Shown in pieces: positions 1-10,453 of a stretch of DNA of 62,020 nt. The notes beneath the pieces were generated by a model that saw only the letters and a list, made by a program, of their open reading frames with translations, did no database searches and was not told the origin of the DNA. The DNA is from a virus (taxonomy: Duplodnaviria; Caudoviricetes). Numbering within the stretch: the first letter of the stretch is position 1; every line of letters starts with the position of its first letter. Made by a program: the position numbers and the translations under genes. Location of the stretch: positions 1-62,020 of IMG/VR virus record IMGVR_UViG_3300032073_000028; one strand, 5' to 3'.

Positions 1-1
1 C

Positions 2-3000
2 AGCAGTTGTTTTTCCAATTTGACCAAGTGATTCTGAAACTTCTTGAGCAATAAGACCATATCGAGTTCTTTTTTTAGTACTCTCTTTTAAACTATATTG
101 TACTGGTCTTAATGAATTTATAAAATTTAAACCAAGTTCCGAACCACTAATGTGTTCTTTAATTTTTATATCAGATTGATTATTGAAGTTATCTGCATAT
201 ATTTCATCCCACCATCTACTGGTATTACCCATATCTCTAGTTGAATTTCCAGAGTTGTAATAAGCAGCGTCGATATCCCCTCCTACATATAAAGTACTTC
301 TAATATTTCCTAGTGTGGTTTGGTCTGAGTTATAATTGAATTGTTGTATGTTGACTGAACCACTGGAGACTTGAATATATTTGGCAGTTAAATCAGAAGT
401 TGTTGCAGCTGAATCTCCTTGAATAGCTACTTTTCCACCTTTTACATTAATAAGTGTTGGTTGAGACCCCCAACCTGTACCTTGTCTTTCAATCTGAACA
501 TATTTTGTTGAATCATTTAAAACTTGTAATCCTCTTGAAGTTAATTCAACAACATTTGATGGTATAACAATAGTCATATAAGAATTAGAAGAAGATAGTG
601 TATATGTTATTGAACTTGGTGTTGTTGTATAATAAGTTGTAGTACCATTACCACTTGAGTCATAATCAATTTTATATCCACTTGAAGCTGCAATCTTGAT
701 ATAATATTGAAATTTATAAGTTCCTGCATCTAGTGTAATACTCTTACTTTGTTGAGCCCAAGAAGATACTTCGTTATATGAAGTATCACTATAATAATTA
801 CCATTACGATTTTGCCATTGGTTATTATATCCAGTATTTACTGATTCCCAATATTGAGTTGTTGTGTATGCACCTCGATGATTACCAGACCATACCAAAA
901 CATCAGTTGTGGCACTTGTTGATTGATTTACTGCTCTTACATAGAAGTAAAAATAATGAGTTCTTGGCCCTCCACTTTGGAAAAAAGATGGATGGGTCTG
1001 TCCAGCATATGCTGGTGAGTAATTCGGATAATCGGTATAACCACCATTTGTAGATGCAGGTGTACTTATATCTATTGCCTGAGGTCTCCCAACTGTTAAG
1101 TCATAAGTTCCAGTTTGTTCTATCGTATATGTTGTTGCTGTTAAAGTTTCTGCTACCTCAGTTCCATAAACTAAATAATTATTATTTGCATCACTTGTTG
1201 GTAGATTAGGTGTTGATGCAACATAATCCATATCGTTTATAGAAACATTTGTACCTGCAGTTGATGACCACTCATTTGCTGGTTTTAATCTTAATTTAGT
1301 TTCAGAACCAGTTTTAAATAGTATTTCAGGTACAACAGGGTCTAAAATCATATCATCATTTACAGAAACAAATTTTCCACCAGAAGATGATTCTTGTGCT
1401 TCCCATAATCCCACAACACCTGATGTTAATGAAATTGCACCTGATACAATTGCATCTTGACATGTCATGTTTCCTTCTATATCAACTGAAAATTTTGGAT
1501 TTGTTAAATCTGTACCTACTGATATAGTACTACCAGCAAGTGTACCTCCTTGTATCTGTGAACCACTTATTCTACCATGTACTAATAATGATGATGAACC
1601 TTGATTCCATCGTAAGAAACCTGTACTACCACTTAATTCGAAATCACCACTACTTGATAGATATGATGTCCAATCTGAATTAGCATAATATCCAAGATTA
1701 TCTGCACCTAAAAATAATCCAACCCCACTTGGTGATACATTTTTAATTAGTTTACCAGTGACCGGGTCTACCGAACCACTAGCTCCAGCTGCAGTAAGAG
1801 CTGAATTTGCAGTTCCTTGAGCAGCAGTTGCATCTGATTGAGCATTAGAAGCAGTTGATTGAGCATTATTTGCTGCCGTATTGGCAGTATTTGCGGTTGT
1901 AGTTGCAGTTGCAGCAGATGCAGTTGCGTCATTTGCAGTTCCTTGGGCATCATTTGCGGCTCCTTGAGCAGCAGTTGCGGTTGATTGGGCATTAGAAGCA
2001 GAAGTTGCAGCATTTCCTGCTGCCGTAGTTGCGAATGTTTGTGCATTTGATTGAGCAGCAGATGCGGATGCAGCTGCTCCAGCTCCGAAATCTACTGCAG
2101 ATGTTGAACCTGCTTGTATCGTTATTGCACCAGCAATATTTAATGAACTACCATTCCATTCTAAGTAATTTGAATCAGAACTACTGCCTAAAAAGAATTC
2201 ACCACTCGAACTTAAGTAAGCTTTCCAATTTGATGAATCGTAATATCCTAAGTTGTTTGAACCTAAATACAAACCAGCTCCACTTGGAGATGCGGTTTTG
2301 ATTACTCTTCTTGTTGTTGGGTCTACTGAACCACTACTTCCTGCTGCAGTTAGAGCTGAATTTGCTGTTGATTGAGCAGTTGAAGCATTAGTTACTGCAG
2401 TATTTGCAGTTGATTGAGCGTTTGAAGCTGAAGTTGCTGCGTTTGTTGCTGCCGTACTTCCACTCGTTACAGAATTAGCTGCTGCGGTACTTGCAAAAGA
2501 TTGAGCGTTGGATTGGGCGGTAGATGCAGCGGTTGAACCACTCGTTACCGCATTTGATGCTGCGGTTGCAACAGAAGTATTAGTTGCAGCATTACCACCA
2601 GCAGTAATTGTTATAGCACCTTTTATACTTAAGTTACTACCATCCCATGTAAGGAATCCATCTGAAACCCCACCCTTCAAACTCATTACATTACTATTAC
2701 CATCTTTTCTTCCTATATAAATTCCATTGGCAGAATCGTATGAAGTAATTCCACCAATTGCCATATATGGGTTTTGACTAGTTCCTGCGTTTGAGGTATC
2801 TGAGTTTAATGCGATTACTGGATAACCAGAACCACTTGTTCCTATATTTACTGTTCTATTTGCATATACATCTTGAGAAAATAAAACATCTGTTGCAACT
2901 GAACTAAATGTTGCTCCAAATGATTCCCAATATGTGGCGTGTGAACCACCTGATGTTGGTTGTTGGTTTGCATTAGATGCTGTATGAGATGATTTGGCTA

Positions 3001-5833
3001 AATAATATTCTCCAGTAGAACCTTGTACAACATCTCTTCTTAATGATGAAGATACATATTCTATATTTAATCCCCATACTCCTCGATATGTTACACCAGG
3101 CCCTGGTGGACCAGGTAAACCATCTGCTCCATCTGTTCCATCTGTTCCATCTTGTCCATCTTGTCCATCTTGTCCATCCGAACCAATATTACCTGCAATT
3201 GCTTTTGTATAATTTACTACTTGTTGGTGGTCGGTTATATCTCCACTACCATCTTTATAATTTAAATTAATAGTTAGTGAGGCACTATCTGAATTAAATG
3301 ATGCAAGTGAATATTCATTTTTAGTTGGAGTAGCATTTGTTGGAACACAACCAGAACCAGTAATACCAACAATATCAAATCTGTTATTCGTAGATAATCC
3401 TTGTTGATGTTGTATTGTTTCTGAACCTATTCTAAATGTTACTGAACCACTACTATCACCTAGTGATGATACAGCACTTTGTGAAGTTGCGTTAAATGTT
3501 TGATTGTTTGTTGTAGTATTAAAACTAATACCATCTAATTTCTTAACTGGTGATACTGAAACTCTATCTGTAAATACAGAACCAAATTCATCAGAACCAC
3601 TAAACTCATATGTTGTATTTCCTGCTCCAAATGAGTAATCAGATGCATTTAATGTAAAAGTTGTTATACCATTTACTGTTGAACCTTGTGTAAGACCAGG
3701 TTTACCACTTCCACTATTTACTGTAAGTGTTGTTGTATCTGATGCAAGGTTTTTTCTTTGTGCTTGTATTGTTATACTTTGACCACTTGGGTCTACTGAT
3801 AAATCAGTTGCCTTATAAAAGAATTGATTTTGATTTGATGTTACAATAAGTGCAGATGCAGGTTCACCATCTTCAAATCTTGTGATTGTTTCAAATTCTT
3901 CTTTATCTTCTATTGATGCAGTATAAGTAATAGAACCTACAATTTGTGAACTAAGTGAACCACTAAACGATGCAATTGTTAAAACATTGTTAGTATTTAA
4001 TGCACCAGGATAAGCTTCTCCTTGAGATGAATAAACTGTTGGGTTTATGAATACACCATTTTTATCGAATGCTGCAGATGCAAATGTAATTGAACCAGTC
4101 AATCCATTTGAAGTTACTCTGAATCTTGATTGTTGGAATGGTGGATTACCTAGTGAACCACTTGAGAATCTAAATGCAGTTCTATCAGTTTCAAATTCTA
4201 ATAATCTAACATTTGATGTTGTTGTTAAATTTCCACCACTAAAGTTTTTTGATTTGTTTACTTCTACTGGTATAAAGTTATTATTTATATCATAGAATTC
4301 AAATTTAAAATCAAAGAATTCTGAATCTAATTTTCTTGGTACTTCTTGTACAAGTGTAAATTCATCTGGTGAAAATGATGTTTCTTGTGCATTTCTAAAA
4401 GATACATTTGATATGTACCAATCATCACCATTTACTTCTAATACTAATCTTGCACTACCAGAGTTAGTTGAAATAATATTTTTACTAACATCAAATTTTT
4501 GAAGAGTGTCATCAGAACCACTAATTATTTCTATGGATTGTGTAAAAGAAGAACCACTTAAATATGCGTGTATTTGTTTAGATGAATTTACAGAACCTGA
4601 TAATTTTGTTTTAAATGAAATATTATATTCTATATCATTTCCAATATCTAAAGATTCTGATGTGTATATTAATTGTGTTCCACTTCCACCATAATTTATT
4701 TTTACACCATTTAATAATTGTGTATTATCTAGTGTGACTGGGTGAGCATCTGATGATGTAATCCAATAATTAGATAAATTGTAGTTATTAAATATACCAT
4801 ATGAAAGTTCAGTATCTGCAGTTGTTGTTATATCTTTTAGTAATTCTGTTGATTCTAGTTTCTGTTCTTGTACGAGTGTAAAATCACCTGTTTCATTTCT
4901 TGATTTTCTAAATACTTTTATTCTTGCAACATCACCAACGAATGATTTTAAGTTTGTTATTTTTATTTTAGCAAATGAACCAGTTAATGCAGATTCAACT
5001 ACTGTAATTCCTTCTTCATTATCAAATGATGATGTGTATCCAATATTTGTAAATCCAGTTACTAATCCATCTGAACCAGTATGTGCACTATCTACTAAAA
5101 CTTCTGTTTCACTTAGTGCCTCTTTTACAGTTGGGTTATAATTTAAACTTGGGAATGATATTGTACTTTCATCGATTGATGAAGTAAAGTTGGGACCAGA
5201 GTTAACTTTTAATCTATATAATACTCCTCCCCCATAATTACTATAATCTGTTCCAGCTTCTGGTTGGAAAGGAATTCCATCTAAACTACCACTCTGAGTT
5301 ACTGTTGGTATTGTTTTGGTAAATAATGGTTTTGATATTTCTTCAATAGAAATCTTAGGTCTTTTGAAAAATCTAACTCTTGTTTCGTTGGCAAGATTTC
5401 TATTGATGTTAAGTTGTTTTTCCCACTTAACATTGTAGATGCCTTTCCAATTATCTGGTACATCTATTTTATTACCCTCATCATCAAAATATGATTTTAG
5501 TTCTCCAAGTATGGTAATTTTACCTAATCCAATAGGAGTATCTTCATATACATAAACTCCAACTACTTTAGATAATCCTTCGTAATATTGAGGAACTCCT
5601 TGACCTGGTTCGAAGTATATTGGATTACCATTTACATCTAAAACTTCTATTTTTATTTCAGTAGTTTCTTTTAGACACTCAGAACCTTCAATAAGAAATC
5701 CATTCTTACCACCAGTAAGGTTTTCACCTAATTCAGTAATTCTAAAGTATGTTGAGTTTGGATTGGTATCATTTAGAAATACACCAAATTTACTCAAATT
5801 CTCTAGGGATGAAAATTTTTTGATTATTGCCAT
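2..5833 (-). CDS. Long tail fibre protein (>=1944 aa, runs off window edge) with collagen-like and Ala-rich segments and C-terminal Peptidase_S74-type intramolecular chaperone
   Basis: ATG at 5833 (MAIIKKFSSLENL...). The same frame at the left edge reads SDIKIKEHI...LNFINSLRPVQY...YGLIAQEV, the S74 chaperone signature. Its absence from the ORF track fits an open frame with no stop in the window. Late-box motif 5 nt upstream. Confidence 0.85.
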   Translation of the reverse strand, partial: MAIIKKFSSLENLSKFGVFLNDTNPNSTYFRITELGENLTGGKNGFLIEGSECLKETTEIKIEVLDVNGNPIYFEPGQGVPQYYEGLSKVVGVYVYEDTPIGLGKITILGELKSYFDDEGNKIDVPDNWKGIYNVKWEKQLNINRNLANETRVRFFKRPKISIEEISKPLFTKTIPTVTQSGSLDGIPFQPEAGTDYSNYGGGVLYRLKVNSGPNFTSSIDESTISFPSLNYNPTVKEALSETEVLVDSAHTGSDGLVTGFTNIGYTSSFDNEEGITVVESALTGSFAKIKITNLKSFVGDVARIKVFRKSRNETGDFTLVQEQKLESTELLKDITTTADTELSYGIFNNYNLSNYWITSSDAHPVTLDNTQLLNGVKINYGGSGTQLIYTSESLDIGNDIEYNISFKTKLSGSVNSSKQIHAYLSGSSFTQSIEIISGSDDTLQKFDVSKNIISTNSGSARLVLEVNGDDWYISNVSFRNAQETSFSPDEFTLVQEVPRKLDSEFFDFKFEFYDINNNFIPVEVNKSKNFSGGNLTTTSNVRLLEFETDRTAFRFSSGSLGNPPFQQSRFRVTSNGLTGSITFASAAFDKNGVFINPTVYSSQGEAYPGALNTNNVLTIASFSGSLSSQIVGSITYTASIEDKEEFETITRFEDGEPASALIVTSNQNQFFYKATDLSVDPSGQSITIQAQRKNLASDTTTLTVNSGSGKPGLTQGSTVNGITTFTLNASDYSFGAGNTTYEFSGSDEFGSVFTDRVSVSPVKKLDGISFNTTTNNQTFNATSQSAVSSLGDSSGSVTFRIGSETIQHQQGLSTNNRFDIVGITGSGCVPTNATPTKNEYSLASFNSDSASLTINLNYKDGSGDITDHQQVVNYTKAIAGNIGSDGQDGQDGQDGTDGTDGADGLPGPPGPGVTYRGVWGLNIEYVSSSLRRDVVQGSTGEYYLAKSSHTASNANQQPTSGGSHATYWESFGATFSSVATDVLFSQDVYANRTVNIGTSGSGYPVIALNSDTSNAGTSQNPYMAIGGITSYDSANGIYIGRKDGNSNVMSLKGGVSDGFLTWDGSNLSIKGAITITAGGNAATNTSVATAASNAVTSGSTAASTAQSNAQSFASTAAANSVTSGSTAATNAATSASNAQSTANTAVTNASTAQSTANSALTAAGSSGSVDPTTRRVIKTASPSGAGLYLGSNNLGYYDSSNWKAYLSSSGEFFLGSSSDSNYLEWNGSSLNIAGAITIQAGSTSAVDFGAGAAASASAAQSNAQTFATTAAGNAATSASNAQSTATAAQGAANDAQGTANDATASAATATTTANTANTAANNAQSTASNAQSDATAAQGTANSALTAAGASGSVDPVTGKLIKNVSPSGVGLFLGADNLGYYANSDWTSYLSSSGDFELSGSTGFLRWNQGSSSLLVHGRISGSQIQGGTLAGSTISVGTDLTNPKFSVDIEGNMTCQDAIVSGAISLTSGVVGLWEAQESSSGGKFVSVNDDMILDPVVPEILFKTGSETKLRLKPANEWSSTAGTNVSINDMDYVASTPNLPTSDANNNYLVYGTEVAETLTATTYTIEQTGTYDLTVGRPQAIDISTPASTNGGYTDYPNYSPAYAGQTHPSFFQSGGPRTHYFYFYVRAVNQSTSATTDVLVWSGNHRGAYTTTQYWESVNTGYNNQWQNRNGNYYSDTSYNEVSSWAQQSKSITLDAGTYKFQYYIKIAASSGYKIDYDSSGNGTTTYYTTTPSSITYTLSSSNSYMTIVIPSNVVELTSRGLQVLNDSTKYVQIERQGTGWGSQPTLINVKGGKVAIQGDSAATTSDLTAKYIQVSSGSVNIQQFNYNSDQTTLGNIRSTLYVGGDIDAAYYNSGNSTRDMGNTSRWWDEIYADNFNNQSDIKIKEHISGSELGLNFINSLRPVQYSLKESTKKRTRYGLIAQEVSESLGQIGKTTA
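1590..2660 (-). repeat. Two tandem ~180-aa modules within the tail fibre
   Basis: Both copies read W.G..L.I.GAITI.AG, then an Ala-rich AQS/AQG run, then ANSALTAAG.SGSVDP.T...IK..SPSG.GL.LG..NLGYY..S.W..YLSSSG.F. Boundaries approximate. Confidence 0.8.
3095..3194 (-). repeat. Collagen-like G-X-Y repeat in tail fibre
   Basis: GNIGSDGQDGQDGQDGTDGTDGADGLPGPPGPG; 9-bp ccatcttgt/ccatctgtt repeats on the plus strand. Confidence 0.9.
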
Positions 5834-5838
5834 ACCTT

Positions 5839-5847
5839 TATAAATAT
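5839..5847 (-). promoter_or_regulatory. Putative late promoter box ATATTTATA (representative copy)
   Basis: The same 9-mer lies between genes at 14380, 16306, 23431, 30057, 32359, 32930, 43186, 48592, 51515, 53321 and 59323; variant ATACTTATA at 51128. Confidence 0.65.
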
Positions 5848-5887
5848 TGAGTTATTTAATAAGTGTATATATATTCTATGGAAACCT

Positions 5888-6052
5888 ATGGGAAAATATT
5901 CTACTATACAAATTACAAAAGAAACACTTAAGTTGTTAAGTGATTACTGTGCAGATAATGGTTACAGTAAAAGTGGATTAATTGAAAAATTAATTAAAGA
6001 TAAAGTTAAAAAAGAAGTACCTTCTCAGAATGTGTTAAGAGTTAATACTTAA
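5888..6052 (+). CDS. Small ribbon-helix-helix-like DNA-binding protein (54 aa)
   Basis: MGKYSTIQITKETLKLLSDYCADNGYSKSGLIEKLIKDKV...; alternating beta strand, helix, G.S turn, helix as in CopG/Arc-type RHH proteins. Fills the gap between two minus-strand genes. Confidence 0.7.
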   Translation: MGKYSTIQITKETLKLLSDYCADNGYSKSGLIEKLIKDKVKKEVPSQNVLRVNT

Positions 6053-9000
6053 CATTTGAAAATCCTTTTTCTTTCTTAATTTCAACTAAATCATCTACAA
6101 CATCTCGCATTGAATCAATATGAGATATTACCATAACGAAATCAAACTGAGTTTTAAGGTATGTGAACAACATAAATAAAGATTGTAGGTTCTCACTATC
6201 TAAAGTACCAAATCCTTCATCTATTACAAGGAAATTAGGTCTAGGAAGATTACATACATTAATAAGTGCAACTCGAATTGCTAATCCACTAATGAATCTT
6301 TCCATTCCACTACACATTTCTAAACTCCATCTCTGGTCTCCATACACTAAATAGGCATTAATGTTTTTACCATCGATTTCTAACTGCATTCCAAATTCTA
6401 CGATTTGTCCTAATATATTGTTTACCTCACCTTCTAACATTGGAAGTGCCTTTTCTATCAGTTCATAGGATACACCATCTCTACTTAAAGCATTTAAATA
6501 GAAATCATATAGTTTACTCTGTGCTTCTAAGTTTTTTACTTCTTGTATTCTATCTTCTATAATTTCTTTTTGATTCTGAAGTGCAGATATTTTACCATTT
6601 AATTGTAATATATCTTTGTTATTATTTTTTATATCTTGTTTTATAACATCCCACTCAGAACGAACATTTACTATCTCATCTCTTATTTCTTTGTTCTTTT
6701 TAATTTGTTTTTCGTTCTTATAATATTCTTTAACAAGTTGCTCTTGTTGACCAAATTGTGTAATATACTTGTATTCTTCAGTTTCGGTTGTTGATAACTT
6801 GTTGATAAGTCCACTCAACTCTCTATCTATCTTATCTTCTTTTTCTTGAGCTTCTTTAAAGTTTTTCCATTCTTTTTCATAACCTTTTAAAGAATCTATT
6901 TCAACATTTATATCTAACTTTTCTTTTCGTAATGACTGTAATTCTGATTCCTTTTCTTGTATTTCAGATTCAACTTTTTCTTTTGTATCTAGTATAGATT
7001 TAGAGTTTTCCATACAAACATCACATTCTTCGTTGTATTTATGAGAATCTAAATGGTCTTTTCTATCGTACAAAGATTCTAATTTTATATTTACTTTTTC
7101 GATATCAGATTCTACATCAGATAATTTTATCTTTTTTATCTTTAAAATACCAATACTATTTTCTAATACTTCTTCATCAAATTTATCAAGTATTTCTTCT
7201 AATTCAAGTTGTAGTTCTTCTCTATGACTAATTCTATCTTGAATAGAATCTTTTTGTTTTGTTGTATCATCCTTTTTCTTTTCTAGGATTCTTAATCTTT
7301 TTTCTAACTCTTCAATCGATACACCACTATCTGCGTTTAGGTTAACAATCTTCTCATTTAACTTGATTATTTGCTTATTAAGTTTTTCTTCTTCTTTCTT
7401 ACATTTATCTTGTTGTATCTCTAATAACTTGTAGGCAGATTTCTCCCCCTTTAACTTTGTATCGATTTCGGCCAATTTCGTCGTAAAATCGTCAGACTTA
7501 AACTTTCTGATAAGTGTTGCATTATCTCTGTTTTGTTCACTTGCTTGTTGATATAATTTATCAAAGATATCTACTCCAATAAATTGAGAAAGAGTTTCTT
7601 TTCTTTCGGATTGTGATTTATCAATAAATAAAGCATTGTTACCTTGTAGTGAAAGAGTAGTTAATACAAAATCCTCAAACTTACCTAAATACTTTTCAAT
7701 GTTCTTATTTGTTTCTCTTCGTTGTTCACCATTAAGTGATTCAAGTACTCCTGCATCTTCTTTCCAAAAGTTAACATCAACTTTAAGATTAGTTCCTCTT
7801 CGTGTCCATTTAGCAGTTCTTTCAATAAAGTATTGTATTCCATCTATTTCAAAGTTAAACTTACAATAGAATTTATCCTTACGATTATTAAGAATATTTT
7901 TAGATGATGTAGTACGAGATGTTTTATCGTAAATACAAAAACATAGTGCATCAAATAAAGATGATTTACCACTTGCGTTTGGAGCAAAGATTCCTATGAT
8001 ACCTTGTGCCTTATCGAATCTTACCTTATTATCTTCACCATACGAGAACATATTAGAAAAATGAAATTCTTTTGGTGTCCATAATATATTACCAGCAGAA
8101 TCTGAATCATCTATTCGTGAGTTTAATTCTGTATTTATTTCTTGAATACTATCAAGTTCTTCTGAATCTAATAGATATTGTCTTTCTAAATAATCTCTGA
8201 TAAGTTGGTTTTGGAAGGTTTCATCCTTGACATTACCAACAATATTTTTATTTATTTTTTGATTTGTTTTAAGTTGTCCGATTGTATCGGTTCTTGTTAC
8301 AGTAACCTCTTGAACCTTAAATAATTTTTTTAACTCGGTGATACATCGTTTCATATCACTAGCCTCAGTTTTTGTAAACCTTAATCGTAATCTTGGATGT
8401 TTAGGTAGTTTTGTACCTATCTCATCGTAAACCCATTGTGGTATCTTTCCTTTTACTACATCAACAGTTAAGAATCCATAATCATTATGAAGATGGTGTT
8501 CAGTAAATGTTCGTGTTGGAATATCCCAAAGTAAGTATCCATGATTTTCTAGTAACTCTCCATGATTTTGTTGAATCATAGAACCAGCATAAGCTATATG
8601 TTCGTATCCTTTACCAAATGTTTGTCTTTTGTGAATATCACCCAACATGGCCATATCGAATCCATCAAACATATCCACTTGGAATGAGTTAGAAGAAACG
8701 GTATAGCCGATATCTGTTTGAGCTTTGTTTACTGGTCCATGAAATAGACAGATTGTATTTTCTCCATCAATGGTATCTCCCTTAGGCCAATTTTCCTTGT
8801 TATCCAATATAGAATAGACAACGAAATTAAGATTATGAATAGGGTAAACACCAGTGTCACGAAGATAATGAATTCTATCATTTCCAAGATTTTTGATAAT
8901 AGGCGTAAGTACATCTAGTCTGTGGGAATTATTTAAATTACAATCGTGGTTACCTGTGATTAATACAGTTTCTCTTAACTTCGCACACTCTGTGAGAAAC

Positions 9001-9200
9001 CAGCTTATTTCGTGTACGAGTTCGGGTGACATCTCTGTTTTTGCATGAGCGATATCACCAGCAATATAGATGAGGGAATCTTCTATATTATCTTCTTTAA
9101 CTTCTTTTAGGAATCGTTTAAATACTATTTTGTATTCTTTGTGTCTTTGTAGATTACGAATATGTAAATCTGCTAAGTGATAAACCTTAGTTATTATCAT
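6042..9200 (-). CDS. Mre11/SbcD nuclease fused to Rad50/SbcC ATPase (gp47-gp46-like fusion)
   Basis: Metallophosphoesterase motifs DLH, GD, GNHD, GDIH; Walker A APNASGKS; coiled coil with CDVC zinc hook; CSGMER signature; Walker B/D-loop VIDEGFGTLD; H-loop ISH. Confidence 0.93.
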   Translation of the reverse strand: MIITKVYHLADLHIRNLQRHKEYKIVFKRFLKEVKEDNIEDSLIYIAGDIAHAKTEMSPELVHEISWFLTECAKLRETVLITGNHDCNLNNSHRLDVLTPIIKNLGNDRIHYLRDTGVYPIHNLNFVVYSILDNKENWPKGDTIDGENTICLFHGPVNKAQTDIGYTVSSNSFQVDMFDGFDMAMLGDIHKRQTFGKGYEHIAYAGSMIQQNHGELLENHGYLLWDIPTRTFTEHHLHNDYGFLTVDVVKGKIPQWVYDEIGTKLPKHPRLRLRFTKTEASDMKRCITELKKLFKVQEVTVTRTDTIGQLKTNQKINKNIVGNVKDETFQNQLIRDYLERQYLLDSEELDSIQEINTELNSRIDDSDSAGNILWTPKEFHFSNMFSYGEDNKVRFDKAQGIIGIFAPNASGKSSLFDALCFCIYDKTSRTTSSKNILNNRKDKFYCKFNFEIDGIQYFIERTAKWTRRGTNLKVDVNFWKEDAGVLESLNGEQRRETNKNIEKYLGKFEDFVLTTLSLQGNNALFIDKSQSERKETLSQFIGVDIFDKLYQQASEQNRDNATLIRKFKSDDFTTKLAEIDTKLKGEKSAYKLLEIQQDKCKKEEEKLNKQIIKLNEKIVNLNADSGVSIEELEKRLRILEKKKDDTTKQKDSIQDRISHREELQLELEEILDKFDEEVLENSIGILKIKKIKLSDVESDIEKVNIKLESLYDRKDHLDSHKYNEECDVCMENSKSILDTKEKVESEIQEKESELQSLRKEKLDINVEIDSLKGYEKEWKNFKEAQEKEDKIDRELSGLINKLSTTETEEYKYITQFGQQEQLVKEYYKNEKQIKKNKEIRDEIVNVRSEWDVIKQDIKNNNKDILQLNGKISALQNQKEIIEDRIQEVKNLEAQSKLYDFYLNALSRDGVSYELIEKALPMLEGEVNNILGQIVEFGMQLEIDGKNINAYLVYGDQRWSLEMCSGMERFISGLAIRVALINVCNLPRPNFLVIDEGFGTLDSENLQSLFMLFTYLKTQFDFVMVISHIDSMRDVVDDLVEIKKEKGFSNVKY

Positions 9201-10453
9201 AAATTGTTATTTAATAAGTTTTTGAAAGTTTCAACTTGTAAGTGATACAAATCTCTCATTAGATTATTGTTGTGTTCTAATTTTTCTCTACTTTGATTAT
9301 ATAGTTCGTGTATTTCTTCTATTGGAAGTTTTCCTAACCTTACTATATTTTCACTTGCCTTTATTGTTCTTTCAAGGTTGCATTCAATATTATCATATGA
9401 TGTATCTATTACATCTTCAAACAAATTAAACCCAAGTTTTTTAAGTGTTTTTAGTAATCCCTTCTGTCCTATAAATAAAGGAATGTTATATGACATAAAA
9501 GGTTTAAATATTTTTTCTGATGTATATATTTGTCCATCGTAGTTTGATAAACTTGTACATCCTATTATTTCAATGTATGCATTAGATGTATATGGGAGTG
9601 TAAATGCATATTGGTCTACATTTGAAAGGTTTGGAATGTAATCTAATACTATTGGTAAATCTTCTAATAAAGATTTATGTTCTTCTTCTGTATATGCACC
9701 TTTTAATATTTTTTGTTTCCAATCCTCAACATTTCTTATTCCTAAATTAGAATGATATTCGGTTAACTGAGAAACTTCTGATAAAAAGTTATTAAAATTT
9801 ATATCTCTTTCTTTTTCTTGATTACAGTTTTCATCAAATATATTATATGCATTGTAAGAGAAGAATGAATCTTTTAGTAAATCATTATCTCTTAATGTTT
9901 TATGAATCATACTTCGTTGAAACTTATATACCCCATTATATGATAAAAACTTTTTTGCCCTTTTCATATCTGGATATCTTCTAAATACTACTTGTGCCAA
10001 CCATCTTAAATCTTGATACCCTCCATTACAAACATAAAAATTATAATGTTGTTTTACTTTTCTTGTTGCCCACAATTCACCATATGTTGGTGTTAATATT
10101 TTTAAACCATCATTTTTATAAGCGGAATCACAACTATAACCAGTATCAGGATGTATGATTATAATATTCTTACAATTTAACTTTTCTGTAAAAGATGCTA
10201 ATTCTCTTTCGTTTAATAATTGGCCATTATTTCTTTTTATATAACTAGAATCTATTATTAAACTATCTGATGATTTTACTAATGAGTTTATATATTCTAT
10301 ATTAGTTTCATTTGATAAATACGATTCAAAATCTAAATCAGATTCAGTAGTATTTTCTACGATAGTATTATATGGCAACCCTGTCGATTTTAGTAAATCT
10401 TTCCATTGAACATATAATCCTTGATTATATGGCATCTCTAATGTGTGAATCAT
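9197..10453 (-). CDS. Putative glycosyltransferase-like protein (GT10-like C-terminal motif)
   Basis: 418-aa ORF; YTSEKIFKPF...PLFIG motif resembles the GT10 (Y.TEK...) nucleotide-sugar region. Confidence 0.45.
   Translation of the reverse strand: MIHTLEMPYNQGLYVQWKDLLKSTGLPYNTIVENTTESDLDFESYLSNETNIEYINSLVKSSDSLIIDSSYIKRNNGQLLNERELASFTEKLNCKNIIIIHPDTGYSCDSAYKNDGLKILTPTYGELWATRKVKQHYNFYVCNGGYQDLRWLAQVVFRRYPDMKRAKKFLSYNGVYKFQRSMIHKTLRDNDLLKDSFFSYNAYNIFDENCNQEKERDINFNNFLSEVSQLTEYHSNLGIRNVEDWKQKILKGAYTEEEHKSLLEDLPIVLDYIPNLSNVDQYAFTLPYTSNAYIEIIGCTSLSNYDGQIYTSEKIFKPFMSYNIPLFIGQKGLLKTLKKLGFNLFEDVIDTSYDNIECNLERTIKASENIVRLGKLPIEEIHELYNQSREKLEHNNNLMRDLYHLQVETFKNLLNNNL

Noticed and set aside
778-4694. 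Short track ORFs (778, 1768, 2029, 2508, 3043, 4047, 4506)
   Set aside because: Shadow frames of the long minus-strand tail-fibre gene; their low-complexity translations mirror its repeats.
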